64,000 nt of DNA from Treponemataceae bacterium (GTDB lineage: Bacteria; Spirochaetota; Spirochaetia; Treponematales; Rectinemataceae). Positions 50,094-59,878 of the stretch are shown here, one piece after another. The position numbers and the translations under genes were made by a program. The notes under the pieces were generated by a model. That model did not search any database. It was not told the DNA's origin and worked only from the letters and a program-made list of their open reading frames with translations. The stretch lies in NCBI GenBank assembly GCA_963667725.2, contig CAXXHO010000001.1:1-64000 (forward strand). Reading direction: 5' to 3'. Numbering within the stretch: position 1 is the first letter of the stretch; each line of letters begins with the position of its first letter.

Positions 50094-50606
50094 CTAGCGC
50101 TTGGCCATGGAATCGTGAAAATCGATGTCCTTGGCGTCCCAGGGATAGACGATCCAGACGTCGTCCAGCTCCTCGCCGACGACGTAGTGCTTGACTTCCT
50201 GCGGGATGACGCCCCGTTTGTGCTTGTTCTTGTTGTGGAGGACGGACACGGCGATCTCGGCCGGCTTGTGCTTGAGCAGCTCCCGGATGCAGTACTCGAG
50301 GGTCGTGCGCGAGTCGTCCACCTCGTCGATCAGGAGGATCTTTTTGCCGGCCAGCTTGCGCTCGGCTTCCTCGATCCACTGGACCTTGCGGGGGAATTCG
50401 GTGGGCTTGTCGTTGGCGTCGTAGTAGGCGATGCCGACCGCGAGGATCGGGGCGCCCAGGAAGGTCCTGATGATGCGGGCGGGGATGAAGCCCCCCGTGC
50501 CGATCGCCACGATGACGTCGGGCTCGAAGCCCGCGGCGGCGATGCGCTCCGCCATGCTCTTGGCCGTTTTGTGTATTTCCTGATAGGAGAAATAGCGCTT
50601 TTCCAT
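50094..50606 (-). CDS. Purine (xanthine/hypoxanthine-type) phosphoribosyltransferase
   Basis: GGFIPAR, ILLIDEVDDSRTTL, WIVYPWD. Confidence 0.88.
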   Translation of the reverse strand: MEKRYFSYQEIHKTAKSMAERIAAAGFEPDVIVAIGTGGFIPARIIRTFLGAPILAVGIAYYDANDKPTEFPRKVQWIEEAERKLAGKKILLIDEVDDSRTTLEYCIRELLKHKPAEIAVSVLHNKNKHKRGVIPQEVKHYVVGEELDDVWIVYPWDAKDIDFHDSMAKR

Positions 50607-50722
50607 GGAAGGATTGTAAAGCAAGCTTTCAGATTGGGCAATGGCAATGACCCCGCGCCCTGGATTCGCCGGTTTCCCGAAATCGGGAAATAGTCTAGAA
50701 TTCCATGCATGCGAGGTCAGCG

Positions 50723-52468
50723 ATGGGAAAATTCCTGCTTCCGCTCTGCTTGATTGCATTCATGGCCCTTCCCGCCCACATTTTCGCCCTGCCAAGCCTG
50801 GGTCCCGCCGAGATCTCCCAGGAGATGATTCCCCTCTCCTCGCCGATTTACGATGAAATGGATGCGCTCTATCTGGTCCTCGGCGCGGGAACGCCCTCGA
50901 ATGACCGGCCGTGGAGCAAGACCGAAGCGAACCTGATTCTGTCGCGCATCGAGAGGGCGGCGCTGAGTCCGTCGGAATCGCGGCTTTACGACACGCTGAG
51001 GGCGGAGATCGCGCCTGGCCTGAAATTCGCCTTCAGGGACGGCTTCGGTTTCGGCGCCGCGCTGACTGCCAGTTTCGAGGCTTACTCGCACAGCAACACC
51101 GAGTACGACCTGGAGTCGGACTGGATCTACGGCTTCGAGCAGCGCGCGCCCATGGCGAAGGTTTCGCTCGACTTCTCGATAAAGGATTTCTTCTACACCT
51201 ACTGCGACATGCAGTACGGGCGCAACCGCTTCAACATAGCGGACGACCTGTTCGTGGCCACGACGCGCTACGGCGCCGGAATCGGCGCGATCATAGACCC
51301 CACGGACGTAAACGCGATCCTCGGCGCCCATTCGTCCATCTACAGCCAGCCCTTCCTGACCAACATCCTCGAACACAGCATCGATTTCGATTTCCAGTGG
51401 CCCAAGAGGGCGGTGTCGGCCATCGGCGGGGCGAACTGGAACATTTCCCTCTCCCGCGACAAGCTGAGCTGGGGAAACGGCCACTCGGGCAACTTCGTGG
51501 TGGATGACCACGTCGACTATCAGGAGTTCGCCAGACTCGTCGCCTTCACCGATGCCTTCAAATACGATTTTCTCAACATTTTCCTCGACACGAACACTTC
51601 GCCTGGCGAGACTCCCGACAGCGAGTTCAAGCTGCTCATGGCGCATCGGCTGGAATTCAGGATCCTCAAGGGGCTTTCCTTCGCGATCTCGGAAAACGTG
51701 ATGTACCAGAACACGGTCTTCGACTTCAGGTACCTCAATCCGGCCTTCATCTACCACAATTTGAACAACAGCAGCATCTTCAACGCGATCGCGCACGCGG
51801 AGCTCGATTACAGCTTCGCGAAAGGCTTCAATCTCTACGCGCAATTCGTGATGGATCAAGCGAGAGCGCCGAACGAGGGAACCGCCCAAGCCGACGCCAA
51901 GGGCTATATGGGCGGCATCGAATACGCCTCCCTGATCGGCCCCGGCATCTTCACCTCGTCACTCGAGCTGGTGTCCACCGATCCAGTGCTCTACCGCCGC
52001 GAAAAAGTGGATTTCCTGATGTTCCGGAAATATTTCACCAACGGCAACCCCGGCGGTCCGGGCTATGTCCTAAGCCTGGACTATATCGGCTACCAGTACG
52101 GCGGAGACGCCCAGGTGCTGCAGTGGGATGCCGCCTACCGCCATCCCGGCAGGGGAACCGTGGGCCTGAGGCTCTTCGGGATGCGCCACGGCGAGATGAA
52201 TTTCTTCAAGTCGCACAACTCCGGCGGCAATAACGCCGGCTACGCGGACTACGCGGGAACGACCCCGTCCGGCGACCTGATCGCCGAGACCATAGCCGCG
52301 AGCCTGATGGGAGAATTGCAGGCGCCGAGGTTGCTTTCCTGGGCCGAGGCCAAGCTCTGGGCGGAGCTGGATTGGATCAACCGCAGAACCTGGACGAAAT
52401 CGACCGACAGCCGCACGGCCTGGAGCGCCGATCTGCAGCTGAGCGCCGGCTGCTCGCTGACGCTCTAG
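50723..52468 (+). CDS. Exported Wzi-like outer-membrane protein (3)
   Basis: Paralog of 46761: RDKLSWG.G.SGNFV, AHRLE, DPVLY, IGYQYG. Confidence 0.7.
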   Translation: MGKFLLPLCLIAFMALPAHIFALPSLGPAEISQEMIPLSSPIYDEMDALYLVLGAGTPSNDRPWSKTEANLILSRIERAALSPSESRLYDTLRAEIAPGLKFAFRDGFGFGAALTASFEAYSHSNTEYDLESDWIYGFEQRAPMAKVSLDFSIKDFFYTYCDMQYGRNRFNIADDLFVATTRYGAGIGAIIDPTDVNAILGAHSSIYSQPFLTNILEHSIDFDFQWPKRAVSAIGGANWNISLSRDKLSWGNGHSGNFVVDDHVDYQEFARLVAFTDAFKYDFLNIFLDTNTSPGETPDSEFKLLMAHRLEFRILKGLSFAISENVMYQNTVFDFRYLNPAFIYHNLNNSSIFNAIAHAELDYSFAKGFNLYAQFVMDQARAPNEGTAQADAKGYMGGIEYASLIGPGIFTSSLELVSTDPVLYRREKVDFLMFRKYFTNGNPGGPGYVLSLDYIGYQYGGDAQVLQWDAAYRHPGRGTVGLRLFGMRHGEMNFFKSHNSGGNNAGYADYAGTTPSGDLIAETIAASLMGELQAPRLLSWAEAKLWAELDWINRRTWTKSTDSRTAWSADLQLSAGCSLTL

Positions 52469-52499
52469 CCCGACGCCCCGCCGACGCCCCGCGACCACC

Positions 52500-54158
52500 T
52501 CAATACCTCCAGAGGACGCCGCCGGAATAGAGGAAGAACTGCTGGGAGTTCCCTAAAACATTCCGGTAATTCGCGTGATTCCAGTACTGGACGCTGGCGT
52601 TCACCTCGAAGCCCTTGGGAAGGGGCCATGTCCCTTTCAGGGAGACGCAATGGCTCAGCTGGTCGGGAAGCGCTCGGATGGCCGCGAGCGTGGTGGACTG
52701 CGTGATGTCCGTCCGCGTGTCGTAGTCGTAGTAGATGGGATTCCCGTTCGCGTCCATCATGCCGAGGTAGATCGGCCCCTTGATCAGGTACTCATAGCCC
52801 AGCTCGGCGGTCGCCCCCGTGGGCAGGCTCGCGCTCACGAAGACGCCCAGATGCTTGGCGTCGGGACCGTAGGCGAAACCGAGCGGCCAGTCCGTCGCCC
52901 AGCTCGGGCCCTGGATATGGCGGTCGTACATGGTGAGGTAGGGCTGCCACCGGCAATAGGCCCACTCGTTCGCGTAGGTATATTCGCCTCCCACGGTCAG
53001 GATGAGGCCGTCCGCCGGCTTGAACGAATAGCGGCCTCCCGCCTGCCAGGCGAACTGGGCGGGCTTGCCGCCGCTCCCCGCCTCGTCGCCGACGAGAAAG
53101 TCGTCCACGGTGACTTCGCCGAAAAGCTGCAGCCCGTCGAGAGGCACGGCCGCGGCGCTCAGCGTCAGCATGACATTGGTGAAGCCCGCCGAATAGGCGT
53201 TGTGGAAAAAAGAGGTCGGAAGGATGTCGAGGAGGCCGGGAACCTTGCCTCCGATCATGGCCATCTCGGCCACGCCGAAGCGGAACCTGTCCCAGAACCG
53301 CGCCTCGACCTGGTGATAGGCGTACACCTTGACCGCTTCCATCTCGGGGACGAAGTCGTGGTCGTTGATGGGATCCCAGGGGTTGATGCTGTTGTTCGCG
53401 GCGTCGTAGTCGTCCCTGAGCCGGTATTGGATGGCCGCCTCGGATTGATCGAGGAAGGTCGACGATGTCCCGATGATCGAGGTGAAGCGGAAATTCTCAT
53501 TGCCGAGGGCGCCCTGGACGTGGTCGTAATACTCGGACTTCGAGCTAAGCAGGGTGTTGCTGAAATGCCCGTCGCCCAGGCCCGACTTGAAGCGCCCCGC
53601 CGCGATCCAGGCATTCTTGCCGCCCGCGGAAACCCAGCCTTCCTGCGGAAATTTCCAGAACATCAGGTATCGGAGCATCGCGTCAAGGTTCCAGGGGGCG
53701 ATGAGGGAGAGATCATTGGCTCCCACGTAATTCTGCCGCATCGAGAGGTCGATCTTGACCTTGCCGGCAAAGGAATCGCCGAGCGACATATCCGCCCCAA
53801 GCTCAAGGAAGAGCGGCAGGCCGTCGAGGAAATACAGGAGGGTGGGATCGGAATCCGGGGACAGGCCATAGGTCTGGATGCCGGTGACGCCGGTCACGGC
53901 GGCGGGGTCGAGGGAAAAAAGGAGGCGGCTCCTGAATTCGGGGGATTTCGCCAGGCGGCTTTCGCAGCCGAGGATTTCCGCCGCCTCGTTGCCCGAGAAG
54001 ACGAAGCCGTTGGTGACGGGGACTTTGCCCGCCATGATGTATTCCGCGATAGCCCTGGCGATGTCGGGATCGTCCCGAAAAGCCAGCTGGGCGCCTTGGG
54101 CTCCAAGGCGGCAGACCAGACCAAGCAGCAGGAAAAAGCCATAGAGCAAGCGCTTCAT
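52500..54158 (-). CDS. Exported Wzi-like outer-membrane protein (4)
   Basis: Signal peptide; GRFKSGLG, YHQVE, GE..VDDF, LGFAYGPD; terminal LWRY. Confidence 0.65.
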   Translation of the reverse strand: MKRLLYGFFLLLGLVCRLGAQGAQLAFRDDPDIARAIAEYIMAGKVPVTNGFVFSGNEAAEILGCESRLAKSPEFRSRLLFSLDPAAVTGVTGIQTYGLSPDSDPTLLYFLDGLPLFLELGADMSLGDSFAGKVKIDLSMRQNYVGANDLSLIAPWNLDAMLRYLMFWKFPQEGWVSAGGKNAWIAAGRFKSGLGDGHFSNTLLSSKSEYYDHVQGALGNENFRFTSIIGTSSTFLDQSEAAIQYRLRDDYDAANNSINPWDPINDHDFVPEMEAVKVYAYHQVEARFWDRFRFGVAEMAMIGGKVPGLLDILPTSFFHNAYSAGFTNVMLTLSAAAVPLDGLQLFGEVTVDDFLVGDEAGSGGKPAQFAWQAGGRYSFKPADGLILTVGGEYTYANEWAYCRWQPYLTMYDRHIQGPSWATDWPLGFAYGPDAKHLGVFVSASLPTGATAELGYEYLIKGPIYLGMMDANGNPIYYDYDTRTDITQSTTLAAIRALPDQLSHCVSLKGTWPLPKGFEVNASVQYWNHANYRNVLGNSQQFFLYSGGVLWRY

Positions 54159-54260
54159 TGTTTCCTCCCTCTCGATTCGGTAAGTGTCGGCCTTTCTTCC
54201 GATTCCGTCAAACGGGGAATCCCCTTATGCGGAAGGCGCCAAAGCGCTAAAGTAGGGCGC

Positions 54261-54524
54261 ATGAGCATCTTCGAAATCATCATGCTGGTTTGCTTCGGGG
54301 CCGCTTGGCCTTTCTCGATCTATCGCTCCTACCGATCGCGAGCGACGGGCGGCAAGAGCGTGTTCTTCCTGCTCGTCATCCTGGCCGGCTATGTCGCGGG
54401 CATCGCCAACAAGCTTTTCTACCGCTTCGACAATGTCGTCTACCTGTACGTCCTCAACTTCGCCATGGTGAGCGTCGACACCGCGCTCTGGTTCCGCAAC
54501 AGGAAGCTCGAGAAGAAGTCCTAG
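54261..54524 (+). CDS. Small 3-TM PQ-loop/SemiSWEET-like protein
   Basis: MSIFEIIMLVCFGAAWPFSI...GKSVFF. Confidence 0.7.
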   Translation: MSIFEIIMLVCFGAAWPFSIYRSYRSRATGGKSVFFLLVILAGYVAGIANKLFYRFDNVVYLYVLNFAMVSVDTALWFRNRKLEKKS

Positions 54525-54558
54525 CGTACTTTTGCGCGCTTTCGGCCGGACTGACCGC

Positions 54559-54591
54559 TTGACAGGTTTATTGATAATGATTATCAATATC
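54559..54591 (+). promoter_or_regulatory. Promoter with Fur box
   Basis: TTGACA at 54559; GATAATGATTATCAATATC (54573-54591) matches the classical Fur box at 17 of 19 positions. Confidence 0.85.
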
Positions 54592-54608
54592 AATACCAAG
54601 GAGCGGAC

Positions 54609-55067
54609 ATGAACGAAGAGCGCGACCTGTTCGAGCGTTACCTGCGGACCAAGGATCTGAAGATGACCTCCCCGCGGGAGACGGTGCTCCAGGCTTTCCT
54701 GGCCACTGAAGGCCACTTGAGCGCCGAGGACGTTCTCGCGGCGGCGCGGCGGATCGATCCGGGCATCGGCCAGGCGACGGTTTTCCGCACGCTGAAATTG
54801 CTGCAGGAGGCCGGTCTGGCGCGCGACGCCTGCGCCTGCACCGACGAGGGGCCGCGGCGCTACGAGCACGCCTACCACCACAGCCATCACGACCACCTCC
54901 TCTGCATCCGCTGCGGGAAGCTCGTCGAATTCTTCGATCCGGCGATCGAGAAGGCGCAGGAGAAGGTCTTCAAGAAATATGGGTTCAAGGCGATCGGACA
55001 CATGATGGAGCTCAAGGGGCTCTGCGCCGAATGCACCGATGCGGTGCGCGATTCCCTCGGCAAGTGA
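54609..55067 (+). CDS. fur: Ferric uptake regulator
   Basis: ATVFRTL, HHDHLLCIRCG, C-terminal CxxC. Confidence 0.9.
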   Translation: MNEERDLFERYLRTKDLKMTSPRETVLQAFLATEGHLSAEDVLAAARRIDPGIGQATVFRTLKLLQEAGLARDACACTDEGPRRYEHAYHHSHHDHLLCIRCGKLVEFFDPAIEKAQEKVFKKYGFKAIGHMMELKGLCAECTDAVRDSLGK

Positions 55068-55096
55068 TCGGGCGACGATTGGATAGGAGCCAACAA

Positions 55097-55387
55097 ATGC
55101 AGCTTTCGGAGTTGAGGCCCGGCGCCTCGTTTCGGGTGGGAAGGGTTATGGTGGGTGGAGAGATCGGCAAGCGCCTCGCCGATATGGGATTCACCGAGGG
55201 CGCCGAGGGCGAGCTGATCCGCAGCGCCTTTTTGCGCGGGCCGGTGCAGATCCGCATAAGGGGCTATGATCTTTTGATTCGGCGCTGCGAGGCGCGGCTC
55301 ATAGAGGTCGAGGCTGCGGGCGGCGGCGCCACACAGACAGGACAAGACAGGATCGGCCGGGACGGCGGCCAGGGAAGGCCCGAATGA
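55097..55387 (+). CDS. feoA: Ferrous iron transport protein A
   Basis: RLADMGFTEG...GPVQIRIRG. Confidence 0.9.
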   Translation: MQLSELRPGASFRVGRVMVGGEIGKRLADMGFTEGAEGELIRSAFLRGPVQIRIRGYDLLIRRCEARLIEVEAAGGGATQTGQDRIGRDGGQGRPE

Positions 55388-57609
55388 GGACGATCAGCGT
55401 AGCCCTGGCGGGCAATCCCAACGCGGGCAAGACCAGCCTTTTCAACGCCATCACCGGCGCGCACCACAAGGTGGGGAACTACCCCGGCGTTACGGTGGAG
55501 AAGCGCGAGGGCATCCACGACTTCCGCGACACGCGCTTCAGGATCATCGATCTGCCGGGCATCTACAGCCTGACCGCCTATTCGCTGGACGAGGTCGTGG
55601 CGCGCGATTTCCTCCTGGAGGAGAAGCCGGACATCGTCGTCGACGTGATCGATTCGACGAATCTGGAGCGCAACCTCTACCTCTGCCTGCAGTTCCAGGA
55701 GCTGGGGATTCCGGTGGTCGGCGCGCTCAACATGTCGGACGAGGCCGAGGCGAAAGGCCTGCGCATCGACGCGGCCCTGCTCTCGAAGACGCTGGGCATT
55801 CCCCTCGTCAAGACGGTCGGGACGAACGGCGAGGGCGTCGAGGGCCTCCTCGAGGCGGTGCTCGCCGCGATTGCGTCGCCCGCGGTAGCGGCGCCCGCGG
55901 CAGCGGCGGCCGGGGCAGGGAATGTCCAGGGCGACGCCTCCGCCGCCGGGGCGGCGCCGCTGAAGATGCCCCACTATGGCGACGAGATCGAGTCGCGGCT
56001 TGGCCCGCTGACGGAGGTTATCGCCTCGGACAAAGCCTTCGCCGGGCGCTATCCCGCGCGCTGGCTGGCAATCAAGCTGCTGGAGAACGATACGAACGCC
56101 GCGGAAAAGCTGGCCTCCCACACGCGGGGAGCCGAAATCGGCGTACAAGCCGCAGCCGACCGAGTGTGGTTGGCGAAGCATTTCGGCAGGGAAGCGGAGA
56201 TCATCGTGACCGAGCAGCGCTACGGCTACATCCGCGGCGCGATCAGGGAAGCGGTGAGACAGACGCCCGTCAGCCGCGTGCCGCTGACCGAGCGCATCGA
56301 CCGCATTCTGATGAACCGGGTCCTCGGCCTGCCGATCTTCTTCCTGATCATCTGGGGCATTTTCAAGCTGACCTTCGCGCTGGGCGAGTACCCCGCCGCT
56401 CTGCTCGACCGCTTTTTCACGCTGGTGGCGGAAGGCGCGGAGCGGATCATCCCCGCGGGGCTTCTGCGCTCCCTGGTCGTCGACGGCATCATCCAGGGCG
56501 TGGGCGGCGTCTTCTCCTTCGTGCCCCTCATCGTCCTACTCTTCCTCGCCATCTCGATCCTCGAGGATACCGGCTACATGTCGAGGGCGGCCTTCCTGAC
56601 GGACAAGATCCTGCACGCCTTCGGGCTCCACGGGCAGTCCTTCATGCCGCTGATGCTCGGCTTCGGCTGCAGCGTGCCGGCGATCATGGCCACGCGCACG
56701 GTGAAGAGCCCCAAGGACCGCATCGCGACGATCCTTGCCGTGCCCTTCATGAGCTGCGGCGCCAAGCTGCCGGTCTACGTGCTGCTGGCGGGCACCTTCT
56801 TCCCCGAGCACGCCGACAACGCCGTCATGCTCATCTACCTGGCGGGCGTCCTCCTTTCGCTGGCGTCCACGATATTTCTCCGCAAGACGGTGCTCAGGGG
56901 TGAGACGACCCCCTTCGTGATGGAGCTGCCGCCCTACCGCAGGCCGACCTGGCGCGGCGTGTTCTGGCATGTCTGGGGCAAGACGCTCAATTATATAAAG
57001 AAGGCGGGCACGGTGATCCTGGCGGCCTCGGTCCTGATATGGGCGCTCACCACCTTCCCGGCGCCCAGGGACGAACCCGCCAAGGCCGAGGCGCTCCGCG
57101 CCGAGCTTTCGGCGGGCATGGCGGAGGCCGAGGCGAACGCCTCTACTGAGGCGAGCGCCTCTATTGAGGCGAGTGTCCAGGCGGCGGTCGACGCGGCCCT
57201 CAGGGAGTACCGCCTCGAGTCGAGCGCGGCGGGAGCGATCGGCAAGATGATGACGCCGATCCTGAGGCCGCTGGGATTGAACTGGAAAGTGGGCATCGCC
57301 CTGATCCCGGGCTTCGCCGCCAAGGAGCTCGTCGTATCGACGCTCGGCATCCTCTACGGCACGGACACGACGGACGTGGAGGAGACCGCCTCGCTGAAGG
57401 CGGCGCTCAGGCGCGATCCGGGCATGTCGCCGCTCGCGGCGGCGGTGCTGATGGCGATCATCCTGATCATGCCGCCATGCTTCGCGAGCCTGGCGACGAT
57501 CAGGGCCGAGGCTGGGGACAAGTGGATGATCTTCCAGGTGTTCTACGCGCTGGCTCTGGCCTGGGTGGTGGGCTTTATCGTGAAGCTCGTGGGCGGCGCG
57601 ATCGCCTAG
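55384..57609 (+). CDS. feoB: Ferrous iron transport protein B
   Basis: GNPNAGKT, GNYPGVTVE, DLPG, GFGCSVPA. Confidence 0.97.
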   Translation: MRTISVALAGNPNAGKTSLFNAITGAHHKVGNYPGVTVEKREGIHDFRDTRFRIIDLPGIYSLTAYSLDEVVARDFLLEEKPDIVVDVIDSTNLERNLYLCLQFQELGIPVVGALNMSDEAEAKGLRIDAALLSKTLGIPLVKTVGTNGEGVEGLLEAVLAAIASPAVAAPAAAAAGAGNVQGDASAAGAAPLKMPHYGDEIESRLGPLTEVIASDKAFAGRYPARWLAIKLLENDTNAAEKLASHTRGAEIGVQAAADRVWLAKHFGREAEIIVTEQRYGYIRGAIREAVRQTPVSRVPLTERIDRILMNRVLGLPIFFLIIWGIFKLTFALGEYPAALLDRFFTLVAEGAERIIPAGLLRSLVVDGIIQGVGGVFSFVPLIVLLFLAISILEDTGYMSRAAFLTDKILHAFGLHGQSFMPLMLGFGCSVPAIMATRTVKSPKDRIATILAVPFMSCGAKLPVYVLLAGTFFPEHADNAVMLIYLAGVLLSLASTIFLRKTVLRGETTPFVMELPPYRRPTWRGVFWHVWGKTLNYIKKAGTVILAASVLIWALTTFPAPRDEPAKAEALRAELSAGMAEAEANASTEASASIEASVQAAVDAALREYRLESSAAGAIGKMMTPILRPLGLNWKVGIALIPGFAAKELVVSTLGILYGTDTTDVEETASLKAALRRDPGMSPLAAAVLMAIILIMPPCFASLATIRAEAGDKWMIFQVFYALALAWVVGFIVKLVGGAIA

Positions 57610-57628
57610 GCTGGCGATGGCGGCGGGT

Positions 57629-57660
57629 GCGAGGGGGGCGGCGGGAGCCGCCCCCCTCGC
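57629..57660. terminator. Hairpin between convergent feoB and zur-like genes
   Basis: GCGAGGGGGGCGGC/GCCGCCCCCCTCGC. Confidence 0.6.
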
Positions 57661-57665
57661 CGCAT

Positions 57666-58076
57666 TCAGCGGCAGTGCGCCGCGATGCCGCTGCCGCCGT
57701 CGTTTTCGCGGCAGGACGCGCAGCAGCCGCTCGCGTAGAGCGTATGGCTGCGGATCGCCACGCCCGTGTCGTCTTCCATTTCGCGGAGGATCGGCTCGAC
57801 CCTGCAGGCACCCAGGTCCACGAAGCGGTGGCAGCGCTCGCAGTGGAACCAATGCCGATGCTGGGCTTTGCCCGAAACGTAGTAGCGCTCGGTGCCGTGG
57901 GCCTCGCAGTGGAGGACGAAGGACTCCGCGAGCCCCCGCTCCTCGAGGTAATGCAGGGAACGGTAAATAGTAGCAGGGTCGCAGAGGCTCCCAGCGCGTT
58001 CCTCAACGTCGAGGGCGCAGAGCGGCGTTCCCGCCGCGTCGAGAATATCCTGGACAGCCTGTCTCGCCTTGGTCAT
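57666..58076 (-). CDS. Fur-family regulator, probably Zur
   Basis: MTKARQAV...ATIYRSL...HRHWFHCERC; last gene of the znu operon. Confidence 0.85.
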   Translation of the reverse strand: MTKARQAVQDILDAAGTPLCALDVEERAGSLCDPATIYRSLHYLEERGLAESFVLHCEAHGTERYYVSGKAQHRHWFHCERCHRFVDLGACRVEPILREMEDDTGVAIRSHTLYASGCCASCRENDGGSGIAAHCR

Positions 58077-58087
58077 GCGCCGCCTCC

Positions 58088-58927
58088 TCAAGCCTTCCGC
58101 CCGGCGCGGAGCGCCGAGACGGCGAGGAAGGTGGCCCCCGCCACCAGGACGACGATGGCTCCCGAGGGAAGGTCCAGCCCCCAGCTTATCGCGAGGCCGG
58201 CAACGGAGAAGGCCACCGAGAAAAGCGTGCCTATGGCCATCATGCCGGCGAGGTTGCGGGCGAAATAGCCCGAAGTTCCCGCCGGGAGGGTGAGCATGGC
58301 GATGACCATGACGATGCCGACGTAGGTCTGGAGGAGGACCACCGCGATGGCGGTGACTCCCAGAATGACGAGGAATACGGCGTCGGTGGAGACGCCCCGC
58401 GTGCGCGCGAACTCCTCGTCGAAGGCACTGGCCTCGATCTGGGGGTAATAGCGCCAGGCGAGGAAGATGACGGCAATGTCGAGGACCGCCAGCATGATGA
58501 GGTCGCGGGTCGACACCAGGAGGATGTTGCCGAAGAGGTAGCTCATGGGGTCGGCGTAGCCGGGGGTCTTGGCGATGAAGACGATGCCGAGGCTCATGCC
58601 GATAGCCCAGAGCGCGTTGATGACGGTGTCCTCGCGCTGCTTGGCCTTGAGCGAGACCAGGCCGATGAGGGCCGCCGATATCAGCGCGAAGACGAGGGCG
58701 CCAACGATGGGCGGCAGGCCGGGCACTATCTTTTTCGCCGACAGGTAGAGCGCCAGTCCTATGCCGCCGAGCACCGCGTGGGATATGGCTCCGGCGAGGC
58801 CTGCGATGCGCTTCACGGTGACGACCGAGCCCAGGACGCCGAAGAGGATGCTCGAGAGGATGCCGGCGATCAGGGCGTTGCGCACGAAGGGCATGGCGGG
58901 ATCGAAGATGGCGGAGAAGAAGCTCAT
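58088..58927 (-). CDS. znuB: Zn/Mn ABC transporter permease
   Basis: ISHAVLGG, SYLFGNIL, FDEEFA. Confidence 0.9.
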   Translation of the reverse strand: MSFFSAIFDPAMPFVRNALIAGILSSILFGVLGSVVTVKRIAGLAGAISHAVLGGIGLALYLSAKKIVPGLPPIVGALVFALISAALIGLVSLKAKQREDTVINALWAIGMSLGIVFIAKTPGYADPMSYLFGNILLVSTRDLIMLAVLDIAVIFLAWRYYPQIEASAFDEEFARTRGVSTDAVFLVILGVTAIAVVLLQTYVGIVMVIAMLTLPAGTSGYFARNLAGMMAIGTLFSVAFSVAGLAISWGLDLPSGAIVVLVAGATFLAVSALRAGRKA

Positions 58928-59853
58928 CGCTCGCCTCCTTGCGGCTCGGCATCGGTGTCGACGGGGGCGCAGCTCGCGCAGCGCGCGTCGTCGGGCAGGT
59001 CGGTGTCGTGGAGGACCTGGAGGACGGCGCCGCCGTAGTGGCCCGAGGAGACATGTTCCACCGGGCCCGAGGCGTGGCGCGTGACGCCGCCGGGAGCTTC
59101 CTCGCCGCCCCGGCCGTTGACGCAGAGCACCACGTCGGTGAGCGCGGAGACGAAATCCATATCGTGCGTGGCGATGATAACCGTGGTGGAACCCTTGAGG
59201 GAGCCGAGGACGGCGTAGAGGCGGCGCTCGCTCTCCTCATCCATGTTCGCCGTGGGCTCATCGAGGACGAGAAGGCGGGGCCTGGAGGCGAGGGCGCGCG
59301 CCACGAGGACGCGGCGGCGCTGCCCGCCCGAGAGGGCCGCGTAAGGCCGGTCGCGGAGATCGGCGACGTCGGCCATAGCCAGGGCGTCGTCGACGTCGGA
59401 GCAGCCGCCCTTCAGGCAATCGCGCCCCGTCCCGCTCAAGCGCCCCATGCGCACGACCTCCTCCACCGAGATGGGAAAGGCGCGGTCGAAGCTCATCGAT
59501 TGGGGGACATAGCCCACGGCGCCGCGGGCAAGCTCGGGCGGCGCGCCGAAGACTTCGATCGATCCCGCGCCCGGCCGGGCGAGCCCGAGGATGAGGCGGA
59601 GTATCGTGGTCTTCCCCGAGCCGTTGGGGCCGATCAGGGCGACGAACTCGCCTTCGTGAACGTGGAAGGAGGCGTTCTTGAGCACCTCCGCCTCGCGGTG
59701 CGCGAAGTCGACGCCCAAAAAACGCACCGCGACGCGATGAGCGTCGCGAGCGGCACGATGAGCGTCGCGAGCGACCCGATGAGCGTCGCGAGCGGCGGCT
59801 TCGGAGGCGCCAGCCTCGGCCTGCCGCGCTCTATCGATTTCCAGGTTCATCAC
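58924..59853 (-). CDS. znuC: Zn/Mn ABC transporter ATPase
   Basis: GPNGSGKT, GYVPQ, LSGGQRRR; N-terminal RDAHR(V/A)A x3. Confidence 0.9.
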   Translation of the reverse strand: MMNLEIDRARQAEAGASEAAARDAHRVARDAHRAARDAHRVAVRFLGVDFAHREAEVLKNASFHVHEGEFVALIGPNGSGKTTILRLILGLARPGAGSIEVFGAPPELARGAVGYVPQSMSFDRAFPISVEEVVRMGRLSGTGRDCLKGGCSDVDDALAMADVADLRDRPYAALSGGQRRRVLVARALASRPRLLVLDEPTANMDEESERRLYAVLGSLKGSTTVIIATHDMDFVSALTDVVLCVNGRGGEEAPGGVTRHASGPVEHVSSGHYGGAVLQVLHDTDLPDDARCASCAPVDTDAEPQGGER

Positions 59854-59878
59854 CGATCTCCTTCCATTATAAACGCGC

